A stretch of DNA of 63,675 nt, counting the filler, from Rhabdomonas costata (taxonomy: Eukaryota), in NCBI GenBank assembly GCA_019059605.1. It is 54 parts of 54 records of this genome, joined end to end, with 100 filler letters (N's around TTAATTAATTAA, not from the genome) between each part and the next. Parts side by side here need not be neighbours in the genome. Positions count along the whole stretch, not along the records: positions 36,627 to 37,707 come from JAHMHO010029633.1; positions 37,808 to 38,889 come from JAHMHO010029634.1; positions 38,990 to 40,070 come from JAHMHO010029635.1; positions 40,171 to 41,251 come from JAHMHO010029636.1; positions 41,352 to 42,432 come from JAHMHO010029637.1; positions 42,533 to 43,615 come from JAHMHO010029638.1; positions 43,716 to 44,796 come from JAHMHO010029639.1; positions 44,897 to 45,977 come from JAHMHO010029640.1; 46 more parts are not named here. One strand, written 5' to 3'. Below the pieces are notes generated by a model, which had not been told where the DNA came from, searched no databases, and saw nothing but the letters and a program-made list of their open reading frames with translations. The translations under genes were made by a program, and so were the position numbers. Below are positions 37,339 through 51,026 of this stretch, one piece after another (position 1 is the stretch's first letter; each line of letters starts with the position of its first letter).

Positions 37339-40300
37339 CTACCACGCAACAAACTGGAAAGAAGACCTCTCTTTCTCTCTCCCTCTCCCTCTCCCACTCG
37401 GTCGGAAGCTCCAAAGGTTGCTGCGGGAGGGTTTTCACCCGGATAGTTCGCCCCCCCCCCGGATGTGCGACTCTTCCGGTTGGGCCTCTTGTATTTTTTT
37501 TTGGCGGGGACCTCTAATTAAAATATGTCTAGGGGTAAAAAACAGTATACCTAACCCCTTTTTGCTAAAATAAATGTATTTGGAAGTAGAGGACAAAGTT
37601 TACCAAACTCCCGTGTCCTAAAAATAACATCCCAAAAATGTACTGGTTAGAACATTTAGCACCGCTAAACGGTTAGCACTGCTAAACGGAGCATCACCAC
37701 CCACACANNNNNNNNNNNNNNNNNNNNNNNNNNNNNNNNNNNNNNNNNNNNTTAATTAATTAANNNNNNNNNNNNNNNNNNNNNNNNNNNNNNNNNNNNN
37801 NNNNNNNTTTGTTGTTGGTGACCACTGCGGACTGACGGGCGCACGCGCTGTTGGTCATGGGTGCTCGCGAGAGGTGCCGTTGGAGCGAACGGTGCCGTGG
37901 GGAACTGGAACAGGCTCACCGCCGAACGTTCCACATATGGTAACCTCCCTTTTGCTCCATGGGTCCCGGGCCATTGTCGCGCAGCTGCTCATTTCCAGCG
38001 GCTACCGGCATTGCCCCATTGCTGCTCGGGTCCCTGCGACTCCACACTCCTTATTTGGGGAACTGGGGTTTTTTCTGGCGAGAACGACCCTTGGAGCTTT
38101 TCTTTCGGATGGGTGAACGGGCAGCACCGGTATCTACAGGCGTTGCCGTGCCAGCACATCGCTCGATCGTTGCGTTACGGGCTCTTCCAGCCCTCTTCCG
38201 TTGAGCCTTCGGTACCTCGAGGTTGCCACTGACTTCTTGCCCTGGTGCGTCTGCGAGTACGTTTGCTTCCCGTTGGCCCTAGCATAAGGGCTCTGATTTC
38301 TTGCGAAGCTCGATGGACCGCTTTTACTTCTGCGCACTGGGTCCGTCTCTACGCGGGTTCGTTCTATGTGCTCCTCCCTCGTGTGCACAAAGGGACACCG
38401 TTGGCACTTGCATGCTATCCCGTGCATCCAGCATCGCACTCCTGGGGCACACGTGCTCGTCTTCCGCCTGCTTTCGGCTGCGGCTTTCATGCCTCACCCC
38501 TGGGAGTGTCGGGGTCCCTTTCCTGCTCTGTGTTTCTGTTCTCCCTGGATGCTCCATGCTTGATCCCTCTTTCCCCAGTGTCACCCGCGTTTCGAGGGCT
38601 CTCTGGTTTTCTCGTTGAGATCAAATCGGTTCCTCATTTTCTACGCCCGGTACACTGCGAGGGAAAATCGAGACCGCCTTGGTGGGTGGATTCCTTACTT
38701 TGCTCTTTGTGTTGCGGGGTGCCGTTTCTGGCGATGCCCAAAAATCAGTTGAGAGAGGTTTGAACAAGTCAAAATAATATTGCGCCTGCTCTCCTCTATA
38801 TTCCGCGGTGGACACTGTTATATGGCAAATCAAGAGGAAAAATTATGATAATTCCATTGTACACCGAACACGAGTTTCTCCCAACACACNNNNNNNNNNN
38901 NNNNNNNNNNNNNNNNNNNNNNNNNNNNNNNNNTTAATTAATTAANNNNNNNNNNNNNNNNNNNNNNNNNNNNNNNNNNNNNNNNNNNNGTGGGTTGGTT
39001 ATCCGCACCCCCCATCTCCAGCCACCCGGAGAAGGGGGGTGCGGATAACCCAGCTATCTAAACAAGCAATCAAGTAACGATCAACCATTCACGCCCAATA
39101 AACCAGGGAACCGACCGGTGGGCCCTGAAAAGCTTCTGCAGGAATTTGCGAAAAAAAAATTGCATGTTTTTTGAATTGTCTGCTAGAAACGCATATTTTT
39201 GCATTTTCGAGGAATTTAAATTAAAAAATGCAGGAAAAAGGTTTTTGAAGGACCTTCAATAAAACAGCAATCGGAGTGTAAAACCTCATCCCACTGCATC
39301 TTTGGACGTCGCTCATTCTTTTTTCATAATATATACGTTTCCAATACGTTTAACCAGAGCTACCAGAACTAAGTCGGTCAAGTCATCACAACGCTGGAAA
39401 CGGCAGAAAAGCATTTATTTACATTGCAGTCAAAGTCACAGCAGGCTTGGAGTTCTTATACACAGCTTCCCGAAACACTGCGTGGTATGTCCCGTCACTA
39501 TCGGCTGGTACCAACGAGTGGCTCTTTTCACCAAACTCTAAAATTTCACTGCCTTGTAAAATAGCTAAGTGTCCCTCACCTTCGCTTTCCTTCAGCAGAA
39601 GAGCAGAGAGGACAGTTGGGCACGCGGAACCACAGAGACGAAAGTAAGCCACCACAAGGTCGCGGGGCCGGTACAGAAGGTAAAGACTCCTTTGGAAGCC
39701 TTCGGATGAAGGTTTTCACTCACTGCACTGCCGCAAAACCGAAAGCTATCAGTGGTGCTGCGACAAAGCAATTGCCAACTCACTCGCTTTTTTCCGTATG
39801 CTGCGCTGGCCAAGCCCGTGATGGTTGATGTGAATCAGTCCGAAACGCTGGGAAAACGGCGAGAACATTCACGCCAGTGGGGCCCCACCAATGAAAACAA
39901 GTAGCCCACTGGAGAGCAAAGGGACCCATCTGGAGGAGGAGGGACATGGGCAGCCCTCAAAGGGGGCGTGAGTAAACGAGCGAAAAGTCATCCCTCCTTA
40001 TGATTGGCTCTCTTTTTCAGAATGATTCGCGATGTCAGACCATTATTAAGAATCCGATGAACGGGAGCAANNNNNNNNNNNNNNNNNNNNNNNNNNNNNN
40101 NNNNNNNNNNNNNNTTAATTAATTAANNNNNNNNNNNNNNNNNNNNNNNNNNNNNNNNNNNNNNNNNNNNACAATGTTTTGTCCGGCAGGTGGACAAGAG
40201 GGCCAAAACGTTCACATGATAAGAGACCTTTTACACCCGCGCACGCTATTGTGGCCTCCCCATACCTAGACCTTGCATCATTAGCTCCGGAAGGGAAAGT

Positions 40301-40437
40301 GCAAACTGGGGTCAAAAAGGGACAAAATTGCTTTCAAAAAATGCCAAAAAGGAGGAGGATGCGATGACAAAATCAACGTCATTCAACGTCCTCTGGCCCG
40401 TCTGCACAGTTTTCTGACCTGCGAAACATAAGCATAC

Positions 40438-40862
40438 TCGGTCAAAAAGGGGTTGGTACAGAGTCTCAAAGCGGCGTTCCAGCTCGCGCATTTCCTCAAG
40501 GTATTTCGCGTGCACCTCTGCAAAGTCTTTCTGAAAGAAGAGTCGTGGACACGACAAAAATCATGTGAATAAAAAGAAAAAAGAAAAGAAAAAGAAAAGA
40601 AAGTAACCTGGATTCCTTGCAGCGCAAAAACTCGCCTTCGCACATCGGAAGGAAGATCAGTGACAAACTTCAAGGCAATTTCCGCAGGTGAGGGCTCGTC
40701 TTCTTCCTCTTCATCATCTTTCTATAAAAACGATTATGAATATAATGCAATGAAATAAGAAATGAGAAGTGCGAAAATGAAAGGGAAAAGCTGCTGAATG
40801 CCTTCTCTTCAAGAAGAACTTCTTCCACGTCTTCTTCGTCCACGCTGACGTCCTTGGTGTGC
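40438..40862 (-). CDS. NAP1: Nucleosome assembly protein (NAP1 family), exons 40862-40802, 40721-40608 and 40530-40438
   Basis: LPSDVRRRVFALQGIQ|KDFAEVHAKYLEEMRELERRFETLYQPLFDR is the NAP dimerisation helix, preceded by an acidic N-terminus. Confidence 0.9.
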
Positions 40863-41570
40863 CTGAAATTCAGGTTCAAAACGTCGTGAACGTTCAGGGA
40901 AATTTTAGGGAAGGGTGCCCAGCAAAACAGTCAAATGAGTCCATGTCATACTAAGGTGGCATTTAGTTTCAGTGGATTCTAAAAGAGGCATTTGCTGGGA
41001 ACTTTGGCTTTTCGTGCGTTAATCTTCGTTTTGCAAGTTGACCGAATTGGATCGGATGTACACAAGTTCATCAAGTGCTCACCAGTGAAGTACAGGGCAG
41101 AATGTCAAAAGAAAGCACTTCAAAAACGACAGAGTCCCACACAAAAGAAGTTCCCTTCCCTTCCCCAACGCTGGGGAGCAGTCACTTCACCCCGACACAC
41201 AGCAAACGGATGCACTGCCCCATATTCACACTCTGCTGTCCCCCCACACCCNNNNNNNNNNNNNNNNNNNNNNNNNNNNNNNNNNNNNNNNNNNNTTAAT
41301 TAATTAANNNNNNNNNNNNNNNNNNNNNNNNNNNNNNNNNNNNNNNNNNNNTTTGTTGTTGGTTCCAGAATGTGTAAACGGGCCCCGTTTTTTTATGTTG
41401 ACAAGCGTCAAGTTTATTTTGGACACGCCTGAAATCCATGATCCCCAGTCCTACCACTTTCAATTGCCAGGGAAGTGCCGGGCCATCTTGATGCTGCTTC
41501 TTCAAATGAGGCGAGGCCAGGAGCTCTCGCCAAGAGCTACGTGAGGGATGGGATGGGGATGGGGACATAG

Positions 41571-42337
41571 ATGGATGTACCGCCTGGCGGCTCCGACGTC
41601 TCCCAACATCGGGGTTGCTGATCACTCGGTGAATGCTGCGGACGTGAAGGAGGAGCTCCGCAAGGCCTTTGAGGTGTGGGTGCGAGGCATCCGGGCTGGG
41701 GTGACGAGCGCCCCCACAGGGGCAGCGGGGGTCTCGGGCTCCAAGACCGCGGCCCAGAGCACGGTGTGCCTTTTCCTTCCTCTCACCTTCGAAACTAGTG
41801 TCCACTTTCCCGGCCTCTCTCCTTTCGGATTGCTGTTTTTTTCTGCTGGAAGGCAACCACTATCGTCTATCCCATCGAAAATATTGCTGTGGAGTCCCTG
41901 ATGGCGCGTAGTGCCCCCCGCAGTGGTCTCCATGGTGGTTCGATCTATCACACCCTAACTCGCACCGGGTGAGTGTGTCATCTGATATGAAGGGACAGTG
42001 CCTTTGAGATCGGGAATCCTCTCTCTCCACTTGTGTTCCTCTTCTCTCACCCTCTTGCTTCTGTTCTCTCCACCTCTGTCCATCGACTAATCTCGTATGG
42101 GTCCATTATTTCGGGAAGTGCGTGCTTTGCCCTGCGATGTGTGCCATGGCTGCTGCTCCACAGGCCTGGACTGACATGACCGAGGTGGACATTGCAGAGA
42201 CTCCCTCAGCCATCCTCCTGGCCCCGGCCGAACCGGAGGCGCACCCCCCGGCCTGCGCACCCCCCGCGGAGGTGCTGGCCCTACAGCGCGTCATGGCGAA
42301 GTACCCCATGGGGCTGGAAATCCCGTGGGGGCTGTGA
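41571..42337 (+). CDS. Unknown protein, 3' exons 41571-41763 and 42164-42337
   Basis: GC-rich frames with compatible phase-0 GT-AG ends; stop at 42335-42337. Confidence 0.45.
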
Positions 42338-43715
42338 AGTTAAGCCGCTGCCGTGGGAATCGCCGACGCATCACCCCTCTCCCGAAACGCTCATCTTTAG
42401 AGTGCTCCACGTATGCCCAAAGTTAACCCCCCNNNNNNNNNNNNNNNNNNNNNNNNNNNNNNNNNNNNNNNNNNNNTTAATTAATTAANNNNNNNNNNNN
42501 NNNNNNNNNNNNNNNNNNNNNNNNNNNNNNNNGGTGTGGGGGGGCTGCGGCACTTTTTTTTTTCGGAGGGCGTCTCTAAGGCATTCTAAGCAGTGCTAAA
42601 CGTTGACCAGTGCTTAGGTGCAACGTGTTAGAAATGCAGGGTCCCTGCTGTCTGTTTGTTCACGTTTTTATATGATTGTACAATTGACAATTGGCAGACA
42701 AAATAAAAACGTGAAGAAGTGGAGCATAGATGAAAAGATAAGCTGTCCGGAACCTGACTCGTACGTAGCATACGGGTGCTCACCTGGCAGGTCTCGTGGC
42801 ACTGTTTTTCAAAGATACCTGATTGACGTTGGGAGGTATGACGAAGGTTGGGCCCTTGATAGACGCATATGGAAAAGCTTACACCGGAAAATGACTGTGG
42901 AGGTTCTGGCAATAATTCGGTGATCGATTAGATAAAAGTCTGTCAAGGGGTTGGAGGGCGTTGTGCGCTTCCTTGGGCGGCAGCAGGGAGGTTTCGGAGG
43001 GGGGGCACTGGATTCTGTCATTCCCAACCGAAATGGAGACGCCCCATTCACAACATCACAAGAGCCAATTTTTCCACCTGCACATCGGTGGCGCGGGGCC
43101 CGGTGACGGCGGAGGGCACCGTAAACTCTGGCACCTCCCTCGCCGGAGAGAAGTCCAGCCGGCCGGGCTCCACCCGAGGCTATAGCAGAGCAAGGCAAAA
43201 AGCAGCACAAAAGCAGACATGGGGCCACCAGAAACGGCTGAGCTGTGCAGTGAAGAGCAAAACTAGCCCCATACAAACGACCACCACTTGAGAAATGAGG
43301 GGGGGTTACAAAATTCCCAACGACCGGGCTAGAGAAACTGCATATACAAGTGCAAGGGAGGGGCCAAAGACTCCCTTCAACTTTAAGGCAGGCAAAAAGC
43401 TCAGCAGGGGATCCGGATCATTTCTTTTTGGTGGTGATGGGTGGTAGTGAGGAGGGGTGGTATACGGAAAAACTCTGCTGTTATACGGTGAGTCTACTAC
43501 ACTACTTACTTAGAACCCCCTACCACTCTAGAGCAAACGGGAAGGCACATTATAAATGCCTGCCGGTATTTGGGAGCGTTCCGAGGACTCCTGTTAGCAA
43601 CTCGTACCACCCACANNNNNNNNNNNNNNNNNNNNNNNNNNNNNNNNNNNNNNNNNNNNTTAATTAATTAANNNNNNNNNNNNNNNNNNNNNNNNNNNNN
43701 NNNNNNNNNNNNNNN

Positions 43716-43804
43716 TGTGTGTGGTATCGGCAAGAACCATGTCTATCTCCAGATTCCCTGGGAGCTCTGGAGATAGACATGGTTCTTGCCGATCCCATGC
43801 ACAC
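43716..43804. repeat. Terminal hairpin 43716-43752 / 43766-43804
   Basis: Reverse-complement arms with a short loop at the contig start. Confidence 0.85.
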
Positions 43805-45308
43805 AGAGAACAAACAACAGCGGCATCCGCGAAAGTTGCGAGGGTGGACACAAACGTTTGACATAAAAGCTGTCCCTTCTCATGCGACATCCGAGCAATG
43901 ACGCTTCCCAAGGGAAAGAAACGTCCGGCTCAATCCCACACATGCCTACTTACTCTACAACTGCTCCACACCAACTACGTTGGCTGAGTTCATGACAGGT
44001 ATCTTCCCACCCCTTGCCGACCACCCAATGTGGGCGGGAAGAGGGAAGTGGGCAGTGGGCGACGCTCCGCACTGGAGGTTAACTATTCAGGTGCAGGCCC
44101 GCTGCCACCCACGGACAAAAAAACCAGCGGAACTACGACAGACTGGGCCCAGGAGAGCTGCCGCCGGCGCCTGCGGGGCTCCCGCGCATTCGCTGCAGCT
44201 CGGCGTCCAAGGTTTCGATCTGGTCCAGCAACGCCACCTGAGCGAAATAAATGCAAATTAATATGAAAACGAAGATAATGCAGACAACAGGAACAGGCCT
44301 TTTTGCATGGATTCGGCAAACGTTTGTAGTGATGAGCAAAGTAAGAAAAAGAGACGGGAGAGAGATGGGGAGGTAACGGCAAGCAAGTTTCGACCAATGT
44401 AATGTGCCTGCAGGTCACTTCTTTTGAATATGTATGTTAACCGGCCTTTTTCCAGTCCCTTTAAGTTACCTACGTTTTCCTCACATCTGAATAGTCAAGC
44501 AAGGCCAAGCAAGAAGTGGGGAGGAGGTTCCAGTCGAGGATCACAGCCCTCTCCACTACATCACATCTACCCCGCACAAGGATGCATGCAATGTACTCGT
44601 TCGACCTCCACATGCAGCACACCTTTTTCTGCAGAAGCTCCAGCCGGGTCTCTGGGCGAAGAGAGGCCCCGCGAGACAGGGCCTTGTTGATACCCTTGAG
44701 CTCACCATCAGCTTCGTCCCTACTCTGCCTCGCCTGTGAGCGAAGCGTGGATGTGACTTCCTGCTGCCCTCAAACGCACGTCGCGTCCCCACCACANNNN
44801 NNNNNNNNNNNNNNNNNNNNNNNNNNNNNNNNNNNNNNNNTTAATTAATTAANNNNNNNNNNNNNNNNNNNNNNNNNNNNNNNNNNNNNNNNNNNNGGTT
44901 GTTGGTAGTAGAAAAAGGCCTGAAAAATGCCCAAACTGGAGCTGGGGTAGAGAACCAAACTGGGGTAGAGAACCAACCACAGGCCGGGAAACTGCCAGCA
45001 TCAGACTCAATCCACCGGTCTAGCTCAAGGTTTTGATTCCCGTACCGTCCTGTCGGGCTTTGGTCGCAGGAGTCACATGTCTGAAGTTACTCAGCAAAAA
45101 GGATGAAGATTGGATCAAAAGGAAATCTAAATCTCACATCCCTCACGTCCAGGAACCACGGGAAGATACATGCAGGTCGAGACGACCGCGCAGAAGAATA
45201 CAAAGGCACTGCTGGAAGACCTCCCAAGAGGAATTCATGTCAACGGATCAAAGCAGCTTAGTCTGGGGCAGTGCTACCTGGGCTGTCTGCACCCTCCCCC
45301 TCCGGGAC

Positions 45309-45446
45309 CTTCTCGAACAGCAGCTCAAAAACCGTCACAACCTCCACCTTCCCAGGAACCATCACCCGGCCCAAAGTCCGAAAATGGAACTCCGCCGCAG
45401 CGCCCTGCGCGGTGCTCTCCGACACCATCACAGTGGTCCCGAAGAA
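45309..45446 (-). CDS. Class III nucleotide cyclase C-terminal exon
   Basis: FFGTTVMVSESTAQ...FRTLGRVMVPGKVEVVTVFELL matches YGTxILVSExT...RxLxxVxVKGK...VxIYEL. Confidence 0.85.
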
Positions 45447-46077
45447 CTGCAAGAGCCAAGAAGAAGGGGAGGAAGCCTAACCATACCGCTAAGCCACAGG
45501 TCATCCGCGCAAGAACTATCTTTGAGGGAGGGAGGCAATCTGATCCGCTCTGCAATGATGATGAACCGTCCTCTCGCATCGACTGCTTCTCACCCGTACA
45601 CTGAATCAAGCATAAGCTCTCCAGATCAGTCTTTGTAATCATACTCTTACGGAAGCTGAAGATGCACTAATACAAAAAAGCAGAATCGTGCATCACTCAG
45701 TCTCATCTACCACCCCACACCTTGTTGGACACCTCCAAACGACTGGCGAGGTTCACTCCATCACCTGCAAATGCAGCCCCCTCCCGAAACGCCCAAATAC
45801 CGAGAAGTTGTGCAAGACCAAAATCAAGCAATCCAAAACGGATGCACCGGATGACAAAGATTCAAAAGCTCCCGTCTTCTTTTTAAATATGTGTGCGAAT
45901 GTTGACTCCTTGATCTTTTGGGATTCCGGAAAGGAAAGCCCTCAAGGAAAGAATGAGAACGAGGGGGAGATGCGAGCNNNNNNNNNNNNNNNNNNNNNNN
46001 NNNNNNNNNNNNNNNNNNNNNTTAATTAATTAANNNNNNNNNNNNNNNNNNNNNNNNNNNNNNNNNNNNNNNNNNNN

Positions 46078-46410
46078 GGGGTGGTGGTTGGTCGCAGAAG
46101 CGAAAAGGTCAACTTCTGGAACAAAGGAGAAATTTTGACAGATGGCATGGAAAATGAGTGCCAACATTACATCCTCTTCTGGATGAAAAGATGGCAATGG
46201 AATGCGGTAGGTTAACCGAGGTGGCAATGTGCTTTTGCAGTTGTCCACTGACACGGGGTTTGATGAAATCTCCGTTAGAGGCGGTGGAATCAAACCAGTA
46301 GGCAAGGAAAAACAGCAATGCTGTTGCTTAAAGCGATGAGTGGTGTGGGCGGTGGTATTTCACGTCCGGATAAACCGACGGATGCATCGGTAGTGACTGC
46401 ATTTAATGAG
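46078..46410 (-). mobile_element. Degenerate DIRS-like retrotransposon RNase H / MT-like remnant
   Basis: The minus strand gives AVTTDASVG (RNase H TDAS), VSVDN and FHAICQNFSFVPEVDLFASATNH, matching the DIRS PxVDLFAxxxN motif. The frame is disrupted. Confidence 0.6.
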
Positions 46411-46925
46411 ACTTGAAGGCGAGTCAAGGCGTTAGTACTGGGTACTGGAACCATTGATGTCTGGATGGCGGATGAAAACGCATCGTCTTCGGCCTCTTCC
46501 TCGGTTGAGGCTCAAGTCGTGCGAATTCAACGCGCGACCTCTTCTGCGGCGGTACCTGGGATAGAAGTGGGATCCAATTCATGCCTCATCCTCATCCGTT
46601 AGTGGAGTAAAATCCTCCGGTGGTAGTGCGCCTGGAGGCTCAGGAACGACAGGTTGCAAGGGTGCTGATTCCTTTAGTGTGGCACTGGTTGCGCGTTAGG
46701 TACGGGATGGTCCCAGGCAGGCAACTCAGTAGGTTAGTCTGGAACAGGTGGTGTCATTAGAGACAATGGTCTTGCAGAACTCAGGAGCGTTTGGTTGCGT
46801 ACTTCACGTGCAAAGTCAAAGGGGTCTTCGTCTAAGCTAGTAACTGCTGGGCTGAACGCTCCCCCACTGGAGGGGATTGCTCCACCACTCGAGGGGATTG
46901 CTCCATGACAGACGGCTCAGGGTGA

Positions 46926-47156
46926 GTTGTTGCTGAGTTGGTTGAATTTGAGTCTGGCCCACTGTTACGTTCTAAGAATGCCGGTCCCATTCGTTGTTCT
47001 ACTTGCGAGGTGGCCAGTAGATCTACCCTTTGATCATCGGTTGGCGGAGGCTGCGGTCCAGGTTGAGAAGGACTGCAGTAGGCGTCATCTTTGTCGTCGT
47101 CTTCCGGTAGAAGACCAACAGGGTCCAGACTCAAATTCAACCAACTCAGCAACAAC
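46926..47156. repeat. Terminal inverted repeat 46926-46957 / 47125-47156
   Basis: 32-bp reverse complement at the contig end. Confidence 0.85.
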
Positions 47157-48832
47157 CCNNNNNNNNNNNNNNNNNNNNNNNNNNNNNNNNNNNNNNNNNN
47201 NNTTAATTAATTAANNNNNNNNNNNNNNNNNNNNNNNNNNNNNNNNNNNNNNNNNNNNGGTGCTTGTCATACATTGTGTGTTGAGATCGTGTGTGCCGAT
47301 CGAAAGCAGTGGTGTGTGCATGTGATCAGGAAAAAATATTGGATTGGAGTGTCGTGCTAGTTTCTCTTCACTGTCGCCCGTGGAACGCCCAGCTCAACCC
47401 ATGTGGTTTTCTTGTGTGTTTTTATTCCGGAGTTTAATTCATTTGGGGTGAGTATATAGAACATTTCCCTGTCTTGGATGAATGCTGGTATGCGTCAGCA
47501 TCCTGGTTTAGAGCATTTCATCCAATGACGCTCTCTCCCTCTTCTTGTCCGGTGTCCCAGCAACATTATCACTGAAGTCATGATATCAGGCGCAGGCATA
47601 AATGCATTTATGCCCCCCCTCAACCCGCTGTAACTCGCACAACAAATGAAAGCACCTAAGATCCAGGAAGCACGGCCATCGCATCGCCCAGGGGACCCGC
47701 GCATCGCCACCTAACCCCGAGCAAATTTCTCTATTACAGATACCACATGAATCGTCTCCTGTACCCCCGGCACTCTCAGTTCACTGCTCAAATTGGATGG
47801 ATCTACCCAACTGGGGTGAGGGATCAATGCACGGGGGCCATAAATGCATCAACGCCCAGCGTATAATTTGCGTGGCGCGAGGAGGTGAAAGCCCGCACAC
47901 TGAAAAATTATCCGTTAACTTACAAGTGACGTTTTGGGCCAATAGGTTTGCTTTAACTTTGGAAAGACAGAAGGGAATGACCAAATTCAGGCTTGATAGA
48001 GTAGAGTCGATAAGGTTCAATGAGACTAGGTGGGTGCTAGTACATTATGGTACTATCATTATCATAAAATGCATGTAACTTACTGGTTTATGCGCCTTGC
48101 GACCTTGTGCCCAATTCACCTCTTGTTCAGGTCTTTACCCACTTCCCTTCCCGGGGCAGATTTGATCAGTTGTGGTGAACGGCACCACACCGCCTTAACT
48201 TTTTCTCTGGTGGTTGTTCTTTCGCCTCACCCGAAACAAAGAACTAAAGGGGACAACGACGCCACACGCAACGCCATTCTCGGGGTGCTTTCCAGCCCCC
48301 AATAACCTTCCAGCAGCCCGCCCAACAAAACANNNNNNNNNNNNNNNNNNNNNNNNNNNNNNNNNNNNNNNNNNNNTTAATTAATTAANNNNNNNNNNNN
48401 NNNNNNNNNNNNNNNNNNNNNNNNNNNNNNNNCGCCTCACCACAGTCTTCTTCTACCGTCGTCAGGGCCAAGTTTGGGGCTGCTAATGTGTTATGCGGTT
48501 GCCCGCGACCCCATGCCCATACCTCTCCGACCGAGGATTGGAGCTGAATGTTGGGAAAAAGATAACTACTCTAAAGGTTCGCGGAGATGCTGCATCCAGT
48601 TTCAATGGTCTCGTGGATCGTTCCTGTTGCGGGCGCGAAGCGATATCTTCTCTACCACGTTCCTTCTGGATCCATTTGCCTCTCTGGAAGCACCAGAAAA
48701 TATCTGAGGCGGTGCTTTGGTTGGTTTTGCTTCTCCTGGAGAGGCTTACTGACTTCCCGCATAAGGGCGGGACTGGGGGGGTATCCCTTTTTGCTGTGTT
48801 GGTTGCACTGTGAGCTGGGGGTTGCTCCACAG

Positions 48833-48948
48833 GGCACCTCGATGCGCTGGTGACGTGGTACGAGTTTGAGCTGTGGGATGGCCACACCCTCTCCCTGGGC
48901 GCGGACACGGGCTTCGTGTGGAAGCAGAATGTGCAGATGGTGCAGCTG
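48833..48948 (+). CDS. Protein arginine methyltransferase C-terminal barrel exon (PRMT7/9-like)
   Basis: GHLDALVTWYEFEL...LSLGADTGFVWKQNVQ resembles GxxxAxxxWF...THWxQ. Confidence 0.6.
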
Positions 48949-51026
48949 GTCTGTACATGTCTTGCTGTGGGTGTTGGGTAGCTTAACGAGTGGGCCGGAA
49001 TGCTTCTCCGGACACCTTTGCGCAGACTTTGTTTAGGTGTGTGGGTGTGGGTGTAGGGGGGGGGGGATGTGCTGGATACTGGAAAGGTTAAAAAGTCTAT
49101 CCGCGAGCTACTGTTGACGGTTCACCTCTGAAACCCCCTTTCCCGTCGCCCCTGGCCATTTTTCGTTTTCTTCCCGTCACCTTCTTTGCATGTTATCCGA
49201 CATACAGACCTTTTCTGTGTCAGAGGATAGGTCCTGTCATCCTCCCAAACAGCCGCCAATGGCTCTCCATGGGCTGTGGAAGTGTGAATGGCTGTCCGTT
49301 TCATGCGCTTTCGCGGACTTCGCTGCACAGAAGCCTTTCCAGGGTCTCTCGTCTATTGTTTTCTGTCCTCGATGCCGTACTTGAAATTGCAGCAAAACCC
49401 TGGGCTGCGTGCCAAGGGATTGCCCTAGCCAGCTGTGACCTTCCTGGTTCCATTCCTAGCCAGAACTTCACTGCTCTTTCCCTACCACTTTTTTAGTAGT
49501 GTGCCCCACAACCNNNNNNNNNNNNNNNNNNNNNNNNNNNNNNNNNNNNNNNNNNNNTTAATTAATTAANNNNNNNNNNNNNNNNNNNNNNNNNNNNNNN
49601 NNNNNNNNNNNNNTGTTTGTTGTAGTTGCAGTGGACGGCGACTGGCCCAACGCCGTTGATGTTTCAGGGAACCTAATGGAACCTCACCTCCTCGCCAGGC
49701 CTTCCCGGTCTCTCCCGCTTGCCCTTCCTCTCTACCCCTCACTTCAAGCGTTGACCGTCATTCATCGGAGGTGGTGCATGGTGTCTGCGTCGATCCGGAT
49801 TATGCTGGGCCAAGCCCATTGAGCATACTCGGATTAATGCTTGGTGACTTGGGTTCTCGGATCTCGTGGCTTCGATAAGGGAGACTTGTGGGCCATTATT
49901 TCCACCTCGTTCCATTTTTACGTCCATAGGGATTCCAAGTGGTGAGTCAGGCTGTTAGTTTGTTTTCCGAAAGCGTCCCGTGGTGTGATGTTTAGGTGCT
50001 TCGGAAAAGGATAACATCGCACTCGATGCCGAAAGAAAATATAGTTTGGGCCTTTTCTTGTAAATAAGAATGGCGCAAGGAAAATTTCCAACCACGGTGC
50101 AGACGAAACGGGTTTTCGAAAACAAGATCGTCGAAGGGATCAAAACTGGGTCAACTTCACACCACAACCTGAGCCTTGGGCCCCGAGAGCGCAGGCGGGG
50201 AGGTGCGGCCTGAGGACGTGCCACAAGACGACGGCGAGGGCAGCATCAGCTGAGAGAAGGAAGGAAGGATGGGTGGGTGGGTGGCTTGGTGCGGATGCAG
50301 AGGCAAGGTGCTGCATGCACTTGGTATTTGCCCCCCAAAGGTGGATGTAGGCAGCTGCACACACACACACATTGTGGCGCAAATGCTGCAGAGGCACATA
50401 TGGCCACTGCCCAATCTTGCCCTGCCTTAGGGTTTCTACCAGCAACGGAGAGCCGTAAATCTCCAAAACCGCGGCCACCACTGTACTAAAAGTGAAATCC
50501 ATAGTCACGAGCAGTTGGGGGAAGCAGCAGATTGACTTATTTCATACAAAACCCCGTCCCCTCAGCGCCAGACCTTCAGAGTTCCCGCATATGACACATG
50601 ACTCGGCTCCCCAATTTCCGCCGCAGCCAATGACTCCAACTGGCCTGCGAATATGGGGCCACATTGTGAAGGCTTCACCGTTACCAACCCCAACNNNNNN
50701 NNNNNNNNNNNNNNNNNNNNNNNNNNNNNNNNNNNNNNTTAATTAATTAANNNNNNNNNNNNNNNNNNNNNNNNNNNNNNNNNNNNNNNNNNNNTGTTTT
50801 GTCGCAAATACACACACATACGCACACAGAAATAAGAAAGACATGAAATAGAACCCCACGGGGAAATGAGTGAACACAAAGCCCCAACCCGTGGGCGATG
50901 CAGCGCCATAGCATCTGCCACAGGAAACGGGACTTGCCAAAACTGCTACAGGCGGTGTCATTACCGACGCACACCTCCGAGCATAGGACAGGAAGATGCC
51001 ACTCACAGAGAGGGAAAGGAATGTAC

